A stretch of DNA of 64,000 nt from Cytophagales bacterium (GTDB lineage Bacteria; Bacteroidota; Bacteroidia; Cytophagales; Microscillaceae): the NCBI GenBank assembly GCA_031425615.1, contig JANPJR010000030.1, positions 82,492 through 146,491 on the forward strand, read 5' to 3'. The translations under genes were made by a program, and so were the position numbers. A model generated the notes under the pieces. That model was not told the origin of the DNA and ran no database searches. It was given only the letters and a program-made list of their open reading frames with translations. Positions 21,778 to 31,973 of this stretch are shown in pieces (position 1 is the stretch's first letter; every line of letters begins with the position of its first letter).

Positions 21778-22060
21778 AAAAATATACAAATCCATTCTTA
21801 AAGTTTGGTAGGTCTTAGCAAATACCAAGACCCTTCGGTTAATAAAATACTATTTTTAACTAAATTATAATGTATTGATAATCAATGATTTACACCTTAA
21901 AGGTTTTTGAAAACCTTGAAGGTGTTGTCCATTCAAGCATCTAAATTTAGCAAATTATAACCCGAAAGGAAATAAAAACCAAAAAAAAATATTGCAAAAA
22001 CACCTTTCAATGTTTCTACAATATTTCCCTTTTTTTATTAAAAAAAACTTTCAAAAATCT

Positions 22061-25000
22061 TTAATCAATAATGATTTTTTGTGCAATTTTTTCTTTACCT
22101 ACTTGCAATATTATTTGATACATGCCCGCAGATAAATGGCTCAAATCTATATCAGCAATGCCTTCTTGGTTGGTTTCAGTTTTGATTTCTGATACAAAAA
22201 CGCCTTTGCTATCATACAAGGTAGCAACCAAAGTACGAGAAACCTCACCTGTGATTTTTATTCTAAAAATACCATTTGAAGGATTAGGATAAATTTTCAA
22301 TTCGCCTATTGTAAGTCTATTTGGCAATGCAGTAACGCCTGAAATACTTATTGTGTAATTTGGCGTTGTTGCATTGTTACTTGGAATAGAAATAGACGCA
22401 GATTTTGTGCCTGCAACGGTTGAATTGTTCAATGTTACGCTAAATGTGGTACTTTGTCCGCCTGTTACAGTGGTTTGCGTTGGTTGTGTTACAGAGAAAT
22501 CACTTGCATTTGTGCCTAATAATACAATCGTACCAATCGTAAGGTTTGCAGTGCCTGCATTTTCAATCGTAAATGTAACCATATTTTGTCCTGTTGGGAA
22601 AGCAAATACACCATTATTCGCAATAGTTGTTGTGCCTTGTTTTACACTAATTTGGTTGGCTGGAACTGCATTTCCTGCTTCTGTTCCTGCAACTGCAACA
22701 GTTGTATTGGCAAAACCTGAATGTGTGATATTACCAGATTTTGCACCATTTGTACCTGATGTAGGCGAAAAACGTGCTGTTACAGTTTGAGTAGTTGCTA
22801 ATTCGGTAGTTGTATAAGCGATTGTACTTGAAAAATTTGTACCATCTTTTGATACTTGGAAATTTGTAGGAGCGGTTACAGTTACACTTGTGGTAAGATT
22901 TGTAGCAGTTAAAGTATACGTTTGATTTGCAGAATTTGAGCCATTATTTACATTGCCAAAATTTGTCAAACTTACTGGGTTTGCTACCAATGTAGCCAAA
23001 TTGCCCGCTTCTGTTCCTGCAACTGCAACGGTTGTATTGGCAAAACCTGAATGTGTAATATTACCTGATTTTGTACCATTTGTGCCTGATGCAGGTGAAA
23101 AACGTGCTGTTACAGTTTGAACAGTTGCTAATTCGGTAGTTGTATAAGCGATTGTACTTGAAAAATTTGTACCATCTTTTGATACTTGGAAATTTGTAGG
23201 AGCGGTTACTGTTACACTTGTGGTAAGATTTGTAGCAGTCAAAGTATACGTTTGATTTGCAGAATTTGAGCCATTATTTGTACTTCCAAAAGTCAAAGAA
23301 GTAGGATTTACTATTAATGTAGCAGTTGGGACTGTTTCTGTTCCTGAAACTGCAACGGTTGTATTTGCAAAACCTGAATGTGTAATATTACCTGATTTTA
23401 CGCCTGCTGTGCCTGATGTAGGTGAAAACCTTACACCAACAGTTTGAGCAGTTGCTAATTCTGCTACTGTATAAGTAATTGTACTTGAATATGTACCTGC
23501 TACGCCTTTTGCTACTTGAAAATTGGCTGGTGCAGTAACTACAATATTACTTGCATTGCTTGCGAGGTGGTAAGCGGTCAATGTGTAAGAGGAATTAGTA
23601 GAATTTGCATTGGTATTTACACTACCAAAATTTGCAATGGTGGTAGGATTTGCCACTAAATTAGTCGAAACGCCTGTTACAATCATTGAAAATGCTTGTA
23701 AATTATTGGTTAAACCTGCTCCTTTGTGTGTAACGCGAATAGTATAGATACCTGCGGGCATATTTGCCACATAAATTTGTTCTACATTATCTACTGTATT
23801 ATCTCCTTTTGTTGCGCCATTTGTTGGGTTTTCAGGGTCAAGTTTCCAAGGAAGGTCAGTAATCACATTATTATTAGCATCTAAAATTCGTAAATCCAAA
23901 TCGTTTACCAAGCGAGAAGTACGATTATTGATAGCAGTAGCATCATTTGAAAGCGGATTTGCTGCCGGGTCAGTCCAACAAATTGTCACTCTGAATGGTT
24001 GCCCACCCGCCACATTGACAGTTTGGGTAAAAGTAGCATTATTTGCTAATGTAGTTTCCCTCAAAATATGATTTTGCGTTGCATTATTAATAACCTGAAC
24101 GCATCTTTCAGCATTGAGAAGTCCCCAACCAAAACGATAATCAGGCCCTGGTGTGGTGCCTGTTTCTTCTGCAGTATGGATTGCCAACCCCCTCAAAGTA
24201 GCACTACGCAAAAAAGCACCTGAGTTTACATTTTTATAATGTTGTTGTACCAAAAGTAATGCACTTGCCACCGCAGGACCTGCCATAGAAGTTCCATCTT
24301 GGGCTTCGTATTGATTATCACCCAAAGAAATAGAGGAAATAATGCCCACACCTGCAGCAACTACATCAGGTTTTATTCTGCCATCGTCAGTAGGTCCATA
24401 AGAACTAAAATCAGACATTACCACATCAGAGGCTTGTGTATAAGCAGAAGCTAAGATATTTACAGCGCCTACGCCTAATGTGTTTTTGGCGGTACTACTC
24501 CCCAACAAAAGGTCATAAGAAAAGTTTGAAGCGTCATCTCTATCATTACCACATGCTTGCACAGGCAAATAAAAAGGTGCATTGAAACACATTGCGTCCC
24601 AATCTTTTGCTTCTTGGTCATAATACCCCCTTGCGATATCCCTTGCTTGTCCTGCTGCTGGCATATTTGCACCATAGGAGTGATTAGATGTAAGCATACC
24701 TTCTGATGCTGCAGTACCCATTTCTGATACATCATTCGCAGAATCATATCCGTCCAAAGATGCTTGTGGTGCAATGCCTTTTGCATTTGCTTGCACACCA
24801 CTTCCCATCATAGTACCTGCCACATGTGTAGCATGTTTATTATTGCCATTGTCACCTGAAAAAGTTGTTCCATCACGCATAATAACACGCCCCCCAAATT
24901 CTTGGTGTGTCAATCGGGCTACGCCTGGCTCCCACATACCAAGCCTTGACCTATTGGCATTTACAATCATGCCCTGTCCCTCCAAATTTAATCCTGCACC

Positions 25001-25318
25001 GCCATTATTCCATAAATTACTTGCCCTAATGGTATTGGCAGAACCCAAATTGCTACGTGTGCCATAATATACAGGGTGTCCATTTTCATCAAAATGATGC
25101 AACCACATATAATTGCCTTTTTGGTCATACCTAAACATAGGCAAACCCAACATAAAGGCTTTTTGGCGTGTGATAACAAGGTTTTTATGATAATTTTCAT
25201 TAGCAAGTTTTGCATTTTCCAACAAAACTTTATGATTTGTTTCTGTTTGTGCGAATGTTATTTTTGGGAAAAAACAAATTATAGCCAACAATACACTTAT
25301 AAGAAGATTTTTTTTCAT
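22061..25318 (-). CDS. Large secreted S8 (subtilisin-family) serine peptidase with three tandem Ig-like repeats and a T9SS C-terminal domain
   Basis: Signal peptide present. The His motif HATHVAGTMMGSG and the Ser motif GTSMAGPAVASAL are both there. Three ~106-aa repeats follow, then the C-terminal ...KIYPNPSNGIFRIKI...IILQVGKEKIAQKIIID, which is a T9SS CTD. 1085 aa. Confidence 0.85.
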   Translation of the reverse strand: MKKNLLISVLLAIICFFPKITFAQTETNHKVLLENAKLANENYHKNLVITRQKAFMLGLPMFRYDQKGNYMWLHHFDENGHPVYYGTRSNLGSANTIRASNLWNNGGAGLNLEGQGMIVNANRSRLGMWEPGVARLTHQEFGGRVIMRDGTTFSGDNGNNKHATHVAGTMMGSGVQANAKGIAPQASLDGYDSANDVSEMGTAASEGMLTSNHSYGANMPAAGQARDIARGYYDQEAKDWDAMCFNAPFYLPVQACGNDRDDASNFSYDLLLGSSTAKNTLGVGAVNILASAYTQASDVVMSDFSSYGPTDDGRIKPDVVAAGVGIISSISLGDNQYEAQDGTSMAGPAVASALLLVQQHYKNVNSGAFLRSATLRGLAIHTAEETGTTPGPDYRFGWGLLNAERCVQVINNATQNHILRETTLANNATFTQTVNVAGGQPFRVTICWTDPAANPLSNDATAINNRTSRLVNDLDLRILDANNNVITDLPWKLDPENPTNGATKGDNTVDNVEQIYVANMPAGIYTIRVTHKGAGLTNNLQAFSMIVTGVSTNLVANPTTIANFGSVNTNANSTNSSYTLTAYHLASNASNIVVTAPANFQVAKGVAGTYSSTITYTVAELATAQTVGVRFSPTSGTAGVKSGNITHSGFANTTVAVSGTETVPTATLIVNPTSLTFGSTNNGSNSANQTYTLTATNLTTSVTVTAPTNFQVSKDGTNFSSTIAYTTTELATVQTVTARFSPASGTNGTKSGNITHSGFANTTVAVAGTEAGNLATLVANPVSLTNFGNVNNGSNSANQTYTLTATNLTTSVTVTAPTNFQVSKDGTNFSSTIAYTTTELATTQTVTARFSPTSGTNGAKSGNITHSGFANTTVAVAGTEAGNAVPANQISVKQGTTTIANNGVFAFPTGQNMVTFTIENAGTANLTIGTIVLLGTNASDFSVTQPTQTTVTGGQSTTFSVTLNNSTVAGTKSASISIPSNNATTPNYTISISGVTALPNRLTIGELKIYPNPSNGIFRIKITGEVSRTLVATLYDSKGVFVSEIKTETNQEGIADIDLSHLSAGMYQIILQVGKEKIAQKIIID
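22640..23600. repeat. Three tandem DNA repeats of ~318 bp inside the S8 peptidase gene; two copies are about 97% identical
   Basis: The nucleotide stretches near 22690-22970 and 23010-23290 are nearly identical, and the third at 23330-23600 is more diverged. In the protein these are the repeated YTLTATNLTTSVTVTAPTNFQVSKDGTNFSSTIAYTTTELAT... modules. Confidence 0.8.
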
Positions 25319-25909
25319 GCGATTTTTAATTACTTTTTTTAATAAATTAGAATAAAATTAATTGGAATGAAGATAAAAATAAAAATACAACGTTATATGT
25401 TGTGGTATTTATTTTTATCTTGTTTGATTTAATATCTTGTTGCAATTACGTAAAAAAAGACTAAAAAATTAAAAAAATCAATTAACAAATGGTTATCATG
25501 CTAAAAAAAATATGATAATTAAATAACAATAGTAAAATAATAACAAAATAGTTATATTTTTTATTAAAATAATTTTATTTTTAGAGATTTAGAAATTTTT
25601 TAGCCTTTACGACATTTGTGCAGAAATCCAAAAAAATAGTATGTTTTAAAACCATTATTTAAGAAAGAAAAATATTATTAAAGCACATTTTTTTTAAGAA
25701 AAAATATACAAAAACATATAATACCACAAAAAAAATTGCAAAATTGAAAAATTTAGCGTTTTTTTGTTGTTCAAAAGTCTAAAACATATTTTTTTATTCT
25801 CTTTATCCTAATTTTTTTTTTATTCTTTTCAAGATTGTACTTTTAAAACTCATACTTTTAAACTCAAATTTGAAATTCAATTTAAAAAATTCATTTCTAA
25901 AAATTTCTT

Positions 25910-26572
25910 ATGAAAAAATTATTTGTAGGTCTATTCTTCCTTTGTTTGGCACTTTGCAATACTGCCAAAGCCCAAACTGAGTCAACAGAAAAGAAAAATA
26001 TCGCCAAATTGGGCATACCCAATTTTGTGTTTGGGAGTTTTTTGGTAAGTTATGAGCGTGTAATTACTGAAAAAATCACAGGGCAAATGAACTTCTTTTT
26101 TTTCGGTCGCAAAACTAACCCAAGCCCTTGGGGTCCTAATGGCGGTTGGGGCATTACACCAGAAGCAAGATTTTATTTGACTGAAACCAAACAATCTCCA
26201 CTTGGTTTTTTCTTAGCACCTTTTCTTACTTTACAAGGATTGCGTTATGATTACAGCATTTCAAAAGACAATAATCCACAACTTTATGATGGTAATGGTA
26301 ACTTAAATGCAGGTGTAAAAGCAGAAGCTGGTGCAAAATCTACAGTTTTTGGCATAGGCGCTACAGTGGGTTATCAATGGTTATTTAGGGATATTATCAC
26401 ATTGGACGTATATGCGGGACCTGGTTTTGGTTTGTCAAGTATGAAAACAGATGGCGGTGATGCAACACATACACCAGAAGTTATCAGAAAAGAAATAGAT
26501 GCATATTTCCCATTTACTAAGCAAAACGGACTTATTTTTAGGGCTGGTGTTTCTGTAGGTGTGATTTTCTAA
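25910..26572 (+). CDS. Predicted outer-membrane beta-barrel protein (hypothetical)
   Basis: Signal peptide MKKLFVGLFFLCLALCNTAKAQ, alternating amphipathic strands, and an aromatic C-terminus (GVSVGVIF). 220 aa. Confidence 0.5.
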   Translation: MKKLFVGLFFLCLALCNTAKAQTESTEKKNIAKLGIPNFVFGSFLVSYERVITEKITGQMNFFFFGRKTNPSPWGPNGGWGITPEARFYLTETKQSPLGFFLAPFLTLQGLRYDYSISKDNNPQLYDGNGNLNAGVKAEAGAKSTVFGIGATVGYQWLFRDIITLDVYAGPGFGLSSMKTDGGDATHTPEVIRKEIDAYFPFTKQNGLIFRAGVSVGVIF

Positions 26573-26689
26573 AAACAAACACCACAAAACAAAAAAAACC
26601 ACAAAATCACATTTAAAGCGGTTTTGTGGTTTTTTTATGGCTATTTATTTTTCAAGAATTAAAAAACTAATTACTAAAAAAACTTAAAA

Positions 26690-27916
26690 TTATTTATCAA
26701 TAAGTTTAATTTCTTCTGAAATTTTTGTTGCTTTTTCTTTTTGCCCAAGATTATAATAAATGTTGCTCAATGCGCCCAAAGTTTGTAAATCTTTTGGTTT
26801 TAATTGGTTTGCTTTTTCAAACAAAGGCAATGCGTTCATCATTTCTTGTTTAAACATATCATATTTTTCTTTTGCTCCTTTGGTTTTGTTGAGTGTTGTT
26901 ACGCTCATATCATCAGGCAATTCTTTTCGGATAGCAGTTGCTTTGTTGTAATGCAATACACCTGCATTGTAATAAGGCTCATAAGAATTAGGATTAGACG
27001 CAAGCGATTTTTTATAGATTTCGAGTGCTTGGTCAATTTTTCCTGCAGATTCATACGCAGAAGCAAGTGTAATGGTAAGGGCTACATCATTAGGGTTTTT
27101 GCTTACAAGTTCTTCCAACGTTTTTACAGCTTCTTCTGGTTTATTGTCTTTTTTGTAACTATCAATTAATACTTGTTGGAGGTATTTTAGGGTAGGAAAT
27201 TCTGCAAGACCCGCTTTAGCATATTCAGCAGACTTAGCGTAGTTTTTATCTTCTGCATAATACACATTCACAAGAGATTCCCAATAGTTTTCTTTTTTGA
27301 TTTTAGAAGCTTCCGTTTTTTGTGTTGCGTTAAATTTTTCAAAATCCTTTACTGGAATTTTCACTACTTTTTCGCAATATTCTTTAAATTTTGCGTTGTC
27401 TTTTGCTTCTATTGCCATAGATGTTGCGTATACAATAGTATTGATTTCGGTTGGTTTGCTGTCATAAGCAATCGCAAAGGCTTTCATTGCTCCTTTTTTG
27501 TCATCTTTATTGTGGCATTGTACTGCTACATTGTAGGCTTGTTCATATATTTTGCCTTTTACTTCACCAAGTTCTTTTGCCCAACGCTCTTTTACTTTGC
27601 CTTTTGCGTTTGGTTTTTTATCAAATTCTTCTGCTTTTTGGATTGCCTCTATGGTTTTGCCAAGTGCATCATTATCCAATTTGAAAGCTATGCCTGATTG
27701 GTCGTTTGCGATAGCACCATATACGAGGGCTTTGTAATACCATGCTTTTGGGTCTTCTTTATTGTTATCTTTGAGCATTGCCTTGTCTATTTCGGTTTTG
27801 GCATCACTGATTTTGCCCATATCAAGCGAAAGTTTTGCAGCGTCAAGTTGTGCAAAAAGTATGTTTGCAAATAGCATTGCACTTGCAAATAAAGGTGTGA
27901 AAATGCGTAAATTCAT
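26690..27916 (-). CDS. Secreted tetratricopeptide-repeat (TPR) protein
   Basis: Signal peptide present. There are multiple AxxxYxxxG and WYYKALVY-type TPR units. 408 aa. Confidence 0.7.
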   Translation of the reverse strand: MNLRIFTPLFASAMLFANILFAQLDAAKLSLDMGKISDAKTEIDKAMLKDNNKEDPKAWYYKALVYGAIANDQSGIAFKLDNDALGKTIEAIQKAEEFDKKPNAKGKVKERWAKELGEVKGKIYEQAYNVAVQCHNKDDKKGAMKAFAIAYDSKPTEINTIVYATSMAIEAKDNAKFKEYCEKVVKIPVKDFEKFNATQKTEASKIKKENYWESLVNVYYAEDKNYAKSAEYAKAGLAEFPTLKYLQQVLIDSYKKDNKPEEAVKTLEELVSKNPNDVALTITLASAYESAGKIDQALEIYKKSLASNPNSYEPYYNAGVLHYNKATAIRKELPDDMSVTTLNKTKGAKEKYDMFKQEMMNALPLFEKANQLKPKDLQTLGALSNIYYNLGQKEKATKISEEIKLIDK

Positions 27917-28226
27917 TTTTTAATATTATTTTTTGAAAAAGTTTGTTGTTTAAAATTTAAGTAAAATTCATTTCATTTTTTTTTAAACGTTTTTTTGCAA
28001 AAATCTGTAATTTTTTTCTAAAATAAAATTTAATTTTTGTGTTAATATTCCGTTAAAGCATAAACCAAGAAAATAAAAACATAAGGAAAGCAAAAAACCC
28101 AAACAAAAATTCCAAATCCTTGCTTAAAAGATTTGGAATTTTTTTGTGAAAAAATCACAGTAAAGAGATTATCAAAGCTATATTTTTTTTAACTGACAAC
28201 TTAAAAGCTGACAACTTTTATTTCCT

Positions 28227-28790
28227 TTAAACAGTCATTAATTCTGTTTCTTTTTTGGTTGAAATGTCATCAAGTTTTGCAATAAATTCGTCTGTAAATT
28301 TTTGTACTTTTTCTTCTGCGGATTTTACAGCATCTTCTGAAGCACCTTCTTTTTCCAAATCTCTGAGAGCTTTGTTGGTGTCTTTTCTGATATTTCTGAT
28401 ACTTACTTTGCCTGCTTCAATTTCTTGTTTTAGTTGTTTTACGAGTTGCGTGCGTCTTTCGGTGGTCAATGCAGGAATATTGAGGCGAACAATCTCACCA
28501 TCATTTTGTGGTGTGAGCCCCAAATCACTGTTTTTAATTGCTTTTTCTATTTCGCCTATCATTTTGCGTTCAAAAGGACGAATTACCAAAGAGCGTGCAT
28601 CAGGCGTATTGACCGTAGCCACTTGTACTAAAGGCGTAGGTACGCCATAATAATCTACTGTAAGCCCTTCCAATAAACTTGGGTTTGCTTTGCCTGCACG
28701 TATTTTGGCAAGTTCACGCGAAGTATAATATACTGCTTTTTCCATGAGGTCTTTGCCCTCATCAAGGAACATTTTTATTTCTTCTTCCAT
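28227..28790 (-). CDS. frr: Ribosome recycling factor
   Basis: 187 aa. The sequence aligns with RRF over its full length (…IRAGKANPSLLEGLTVDYYGVPTPL…NIPALTTERRTQLVKQLK…). Confidence 0.95.
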   Translation of the reverse strand: MEEEIKMFLDEGKDLMEKAVYYTSRELAKIRAGKANPSLLEGLTVDYYGVPTPLVQVATVNTPDARSLVIRPFERKMIGEIEKAIKNSDLGLTPQNDGEIVRLNIPALTTERRTQLVKQLKQEIEAGKVSIRNIRKDTNKALRDLEKEGASEDAVKSAEEKVQKFTDEFIAKLDDISTKKETELMTV

Positions 28791-29259
28791 AGGGATTTAT
28801 GTTTATTTTTTTTGGCAATTATAATCAAATAAATGCAAAGATAGGAAATTTTGTAGTTTTTTTTGTGTAAAAAAATCTAAAAACAATTTAGAATACGTTT
28901 TTGCAAACATAATTTTTTGTATTTTTGTAACTCTCAACATTAATAAATGTTTTAAAAAATGTTTTAAAGCAAAAAAATGACTATTGAAATCCTAAAATAT
29001 GATAGCAATTATTACATAAATCATAAAAAAATAACAGAATTTCATTATGGCAAAAAGAAATGTATCAAAAAGAAATACAAAAAAAAACGCAAACGAAATA
29101 AAACAACAAATTCAGACATTTTTTATCTTGGTTTTTTACATGATCTCTTGCAACATTTTTTGATAGGAAAGGTATTTTGGTAATATCTCTCCTATTTTTT
29201 TTGAAATACGAAATCAAAAAGTTTATTTTTAACCATTTTTCTTTGATTATTACCATACC

Positions 29260-31833
29260 ATGAAACAACTATCTTATTTTTTTACCCTATTTTTTTGTGC
29301 TGTTACTAATATTATTATTCCCCCTTTGGGGGTTTGGGGGCAAACTTTAATCGCTACATTGCCCACAGATACCGAAATAAATTGTATCACTGAAAGCCCT
29401 GACAAGATGTTTATTGTGTTGGGTGGAAAGGATAATTTTACACTTTGGCACAAAAATTATGCACAAAAACCACTTCTTACTGCCAAAAATCACACCGAAG
29501 GCGTACAGTTTGCACATTTTTTAGAAAATGAAAATTGGGGAAGTAATGGTGCAATAAAACTTCTCACAGGAGGTGGATATTCCCCAGAAAATACAATGTT
29601 TTTGTGGAACACTGAAAACATAATTTTTCCCAAAAAACGAAAAATAGCGGATTATCAAAAATTTTTCGTCGAACAAACGATTCCGCCTCAAAACTTTAAT
29701 TTCAACAACCATATAAAAGACGAATATAACCTAAACCTAAAGTCTAACCTAAAAGTAGAAGCTGTAAGTTGTATGGTGGTTGTGCCACGTAACAAACTAC
29801 ACGGAAATATCTTAATTGTAGGCAGTTTGGAGGGGAAATTGAATTTTTATCATGCAGATTATTACTTAGAAAAATTTAAACTTGAAAATCCGCTTATCAA
29901 TATCAAAAGAAAGCAAATGGGTTTAGAGCCTTTTTATTCATCTAAATCACTTTCTTATATAATTCCCTCTAAAAACCAATACTATGTACGCAGTTTGACA
30001 ATACAACAAGAAGATGTTTTGCTCATAGGCACAGGCATAGGAAGCAAAAAAGCTGGTGAATTGATAAAATTAGAACTCAGCAACCCTGATAACCGTGTTG
30101 TGGTAGCAAAATTTAATTCGCCTGTGGCAAAAATTACAATATCGCCTGACAAAAAAACAACTGTTGTATGCACTGATACAGGAGAATTATTTATATTTGA
30201 CCAGAATTTTAAGCTGATAAAAGAATATAAAGATGCAAAATATGCGTTTCCTGAATTTTCGCCCTCAAAAAATGAGTTGGCAGTTACCAAAAATGGCAAA
30301 AATATAGAAATTTGGAACATGGAAACCTTCCAAAAAATCCAAGAATGGCAAGCACACACCGAAAAAATCACCGCCCTGAAGTGGGGAATTGATGGATATT
30401 ATTTGTATTCTGCGGGTAATGACCAAAAACTACATATTTGGCTTACGATTGATATAGAAAAACGTGTACAAGAATTGGTTTCCGCCAAATTGGATAGTTT
30501 TTTGAAAAAAGATAATTTTGAAAAAATAGCTGATTACAACATTAGAACCTCAGAAAATAGCCAAAAAGGCGTTATACAATATTATTTTTCAAAATATTAT
30601 AATGAAATATCAAATAAAATATTCCACGCAGTACCTTCCCAAATGGAATATGACGCAGAAAGCGAAACCATAAAACTTTCAGGACTATTTTCACCTACTT
30701 TTTTCGCAAAAGTACACCCAAAAACCGCCAAAGATTTACAAAAAACTTTGCAAGAGTACCTAACTTGTTTTAGAAGCAAAAAACTTGAATTTTTACCCAA
30801 AAAATCCCTCAAAAACCCTGAAAAAATCGCCCAAGATGCACAAATTCCTGTACTTGTAAGTGGTGGTTTAGATGTAATTTGTGGGTCTTTGTATGATATT
30901 TGGTGTAATAATCAACTCCTTTTGACACATAAATTGGATATTTTGGCGAATTTTAACCCTTTGGCTGGTATGAAAATTAATAAAAGCATTATTAAAACCA
31001 CAAATCCACCCACAGAAACCGCAGATATTGACCTTAATATTCCTACGATTGCCAAAAATAAGTTGTTCAATAAAGATAATGTTGCAGTAATTATTGGAAA
31101 CCGTGATTATCAACACACACAAACGGTAGATTTTGCCTTAAATGACGCTCAAACCATGAAAAAATATCTCGTACAAACATTGGGTTATGACGACAAAAAT
31201 ATTATCTATGTAGAAAATGCCAAATCCGCAGATTTTGCCTTGATTTTTGGCACAAAAACCAGCTACAAAGGACGGTTAAATAACTTGGTAAAACCAAAAA
31301 AAAGCGAGGTTTTTGTGTATTATGCAGGACATGGTGCGCCAGATTTGAATAATGACAAAAAAAGCTATTTTGTGCCTGTGGATACGCAAATGGAATATAT
31401 GGAACTGACTGCTTTTGATACAGATATTTTTTATGATAATTTGGCACAAATTCCTGCCAAAAGTATAACTGTGATTATTGATGCATGTTTTTCGGGAGAA
31501 GGTATTTACAAAAATATTTCGCCTGTGCGCATCAAGTCAAAAGGTGCAATGGGCTTGAAAAATGGGGCTTTGATGGCTTCCTGTGGTGCTGACCAAGTAT
31601 CTGCTTGGTACAATGAAAAAGGACACAGTTTATTTACGTATTTCTTTTTAAAAGCAATTCACAATGAAAATGCAGATAAAAATAAAGACAAAAAACTCAC
31701 ACTTTCAGAGATTTTTCAATTTATAGATGACAGTACGGAAGGTGTGCCTTATTTTTCAAGGCGTTTGCACAATGTACAACAAAATCCTGTGCTGAAAGGG
31801 CAAAATGTGGAGATGGTTTTGGTGGAGTATTAG
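29260..31833 (+). CDS. Secreted WD40 beta-propeller protein with a C-terminal caspase-like (peptidase C14) domain
   Basis: Signal peptide present. WD-like repeats occur (…DGYYLYSAGNDQKLHIW…). The C-terminal domain has the caspase His/Cys dyad contexts YYAGHGAP and IIDACFSGEG. 857 aa. Confidence 0.75.
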   Translation: MKQLSYFFTLFFCAVTNIIIPPLGVWGQTLIATLPTDTEINCITESPDKMFIVLGGKDNFTLWHKNYAQKPLLTAKNHTEGVQFAHFLENENWGSNGAIKLLTGGGYSPENTMFLWNTENIIFPKKRKIADYQKFFVEQTIPPQNFNFNNHIKDEYNLNLKSNLKVEAVSCMVVVPRNKLHGNILIVGSLEGKLNFYHADYYLEKFKLENPLINIKRKQMGLEPFYSSKSLSYIIPSKNQYYVRSLTIQQEDVLLIGTGIGSKKAGELIKLELSNPDNRVVVAKFNSPVAKITISPDKKTTVVCTDTGELFIFDQNFKLIKEYKDAKYAFPEFSPSKNELAVTKNGKNIEIWNMETFQKIQEWQAHTEKITALKWGIDGYYLYSAGNDQKLHIWLTIDIEKRVQELVSAKLDSFLKKDNFEKIADYNIRTSENSQKGVIQYYFSKYYNEISNKIFHAVPSQMEYDAESETIKLSGLFSPTFFAKVHPKTAKDLQKTLQEYLTCFRSKKLEFLPKKSLKNPEKIAQDAQIPVLVSGGLDVICGSLYDIWCNNQLLLTHKLDILANFNPLAGMKINKSIIKTTNPPTETADIDLNIPTIAKNKLFNKDNVAVIIGNRDYQHTQTVDFALNDAQTMKKYLVQTLGYDDKNIIYVENAKSADFALIFGTKTSYKGRLNNLVKPKKSEVFVYYAGHGAPDLNNDKKSYFVPVDTQMEYMELTAFDTDIFYDNLAQIPAKSITVIIDACFSGEGIYKNISPVRIKSKGAMGLKNGALMASCGADQVSAWYNEKGHSLFTYFFLKAIHNENADKNKDKKLTLSEIFQFIDDSTEGVPYFSRRLHNVQQNPVLKGQNVEMVLVEY

Positions 31834-31973
31834 TTTTGTTTTTTTTCAGTAGTCAGTTTTTTCAGTTAATTTAGTAAAACAGCCTTAAATTTTTGACCTT
31901 TAACCTTTTTTTAATCCTTTAAACTTTAAATTTTCGCCTTTTCCACCTTGGGGGCTGGGGGCTATTTTTCCAA

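Noticed and set aside
21806-21835. Recurring TACCAA…TTGGTA hairpins (21811-21832, 51011-51044, 58087-58109) considered as a repeat family
   Set aside because: They share only an 8-mer (CTTACCAA). They are more simply independent terminator hairpins than a mobile family.
21780-22060. The intergenic regions 21780-22060, 25319-25909 and 13504-14039 scanned for tRNA or other RNA genes
   Set aside because: No cloverleaf-compatible sequence with a T-arm (GTTCGAATC-like) or anticodon stem was spotted by eye. They look like AT-rich promoter or leader regions. A tRNAscan/Infernal run would be needed for certainty.
28977-29183. 68-codon Lys-rich ORF (KKKYKKKRKRNK) upstream of the WD40-caspase gene
   Set aside because: The low-complexity poly-Lys comes from an A-rich intergenic tract, so it is unlikely to be a real protein.
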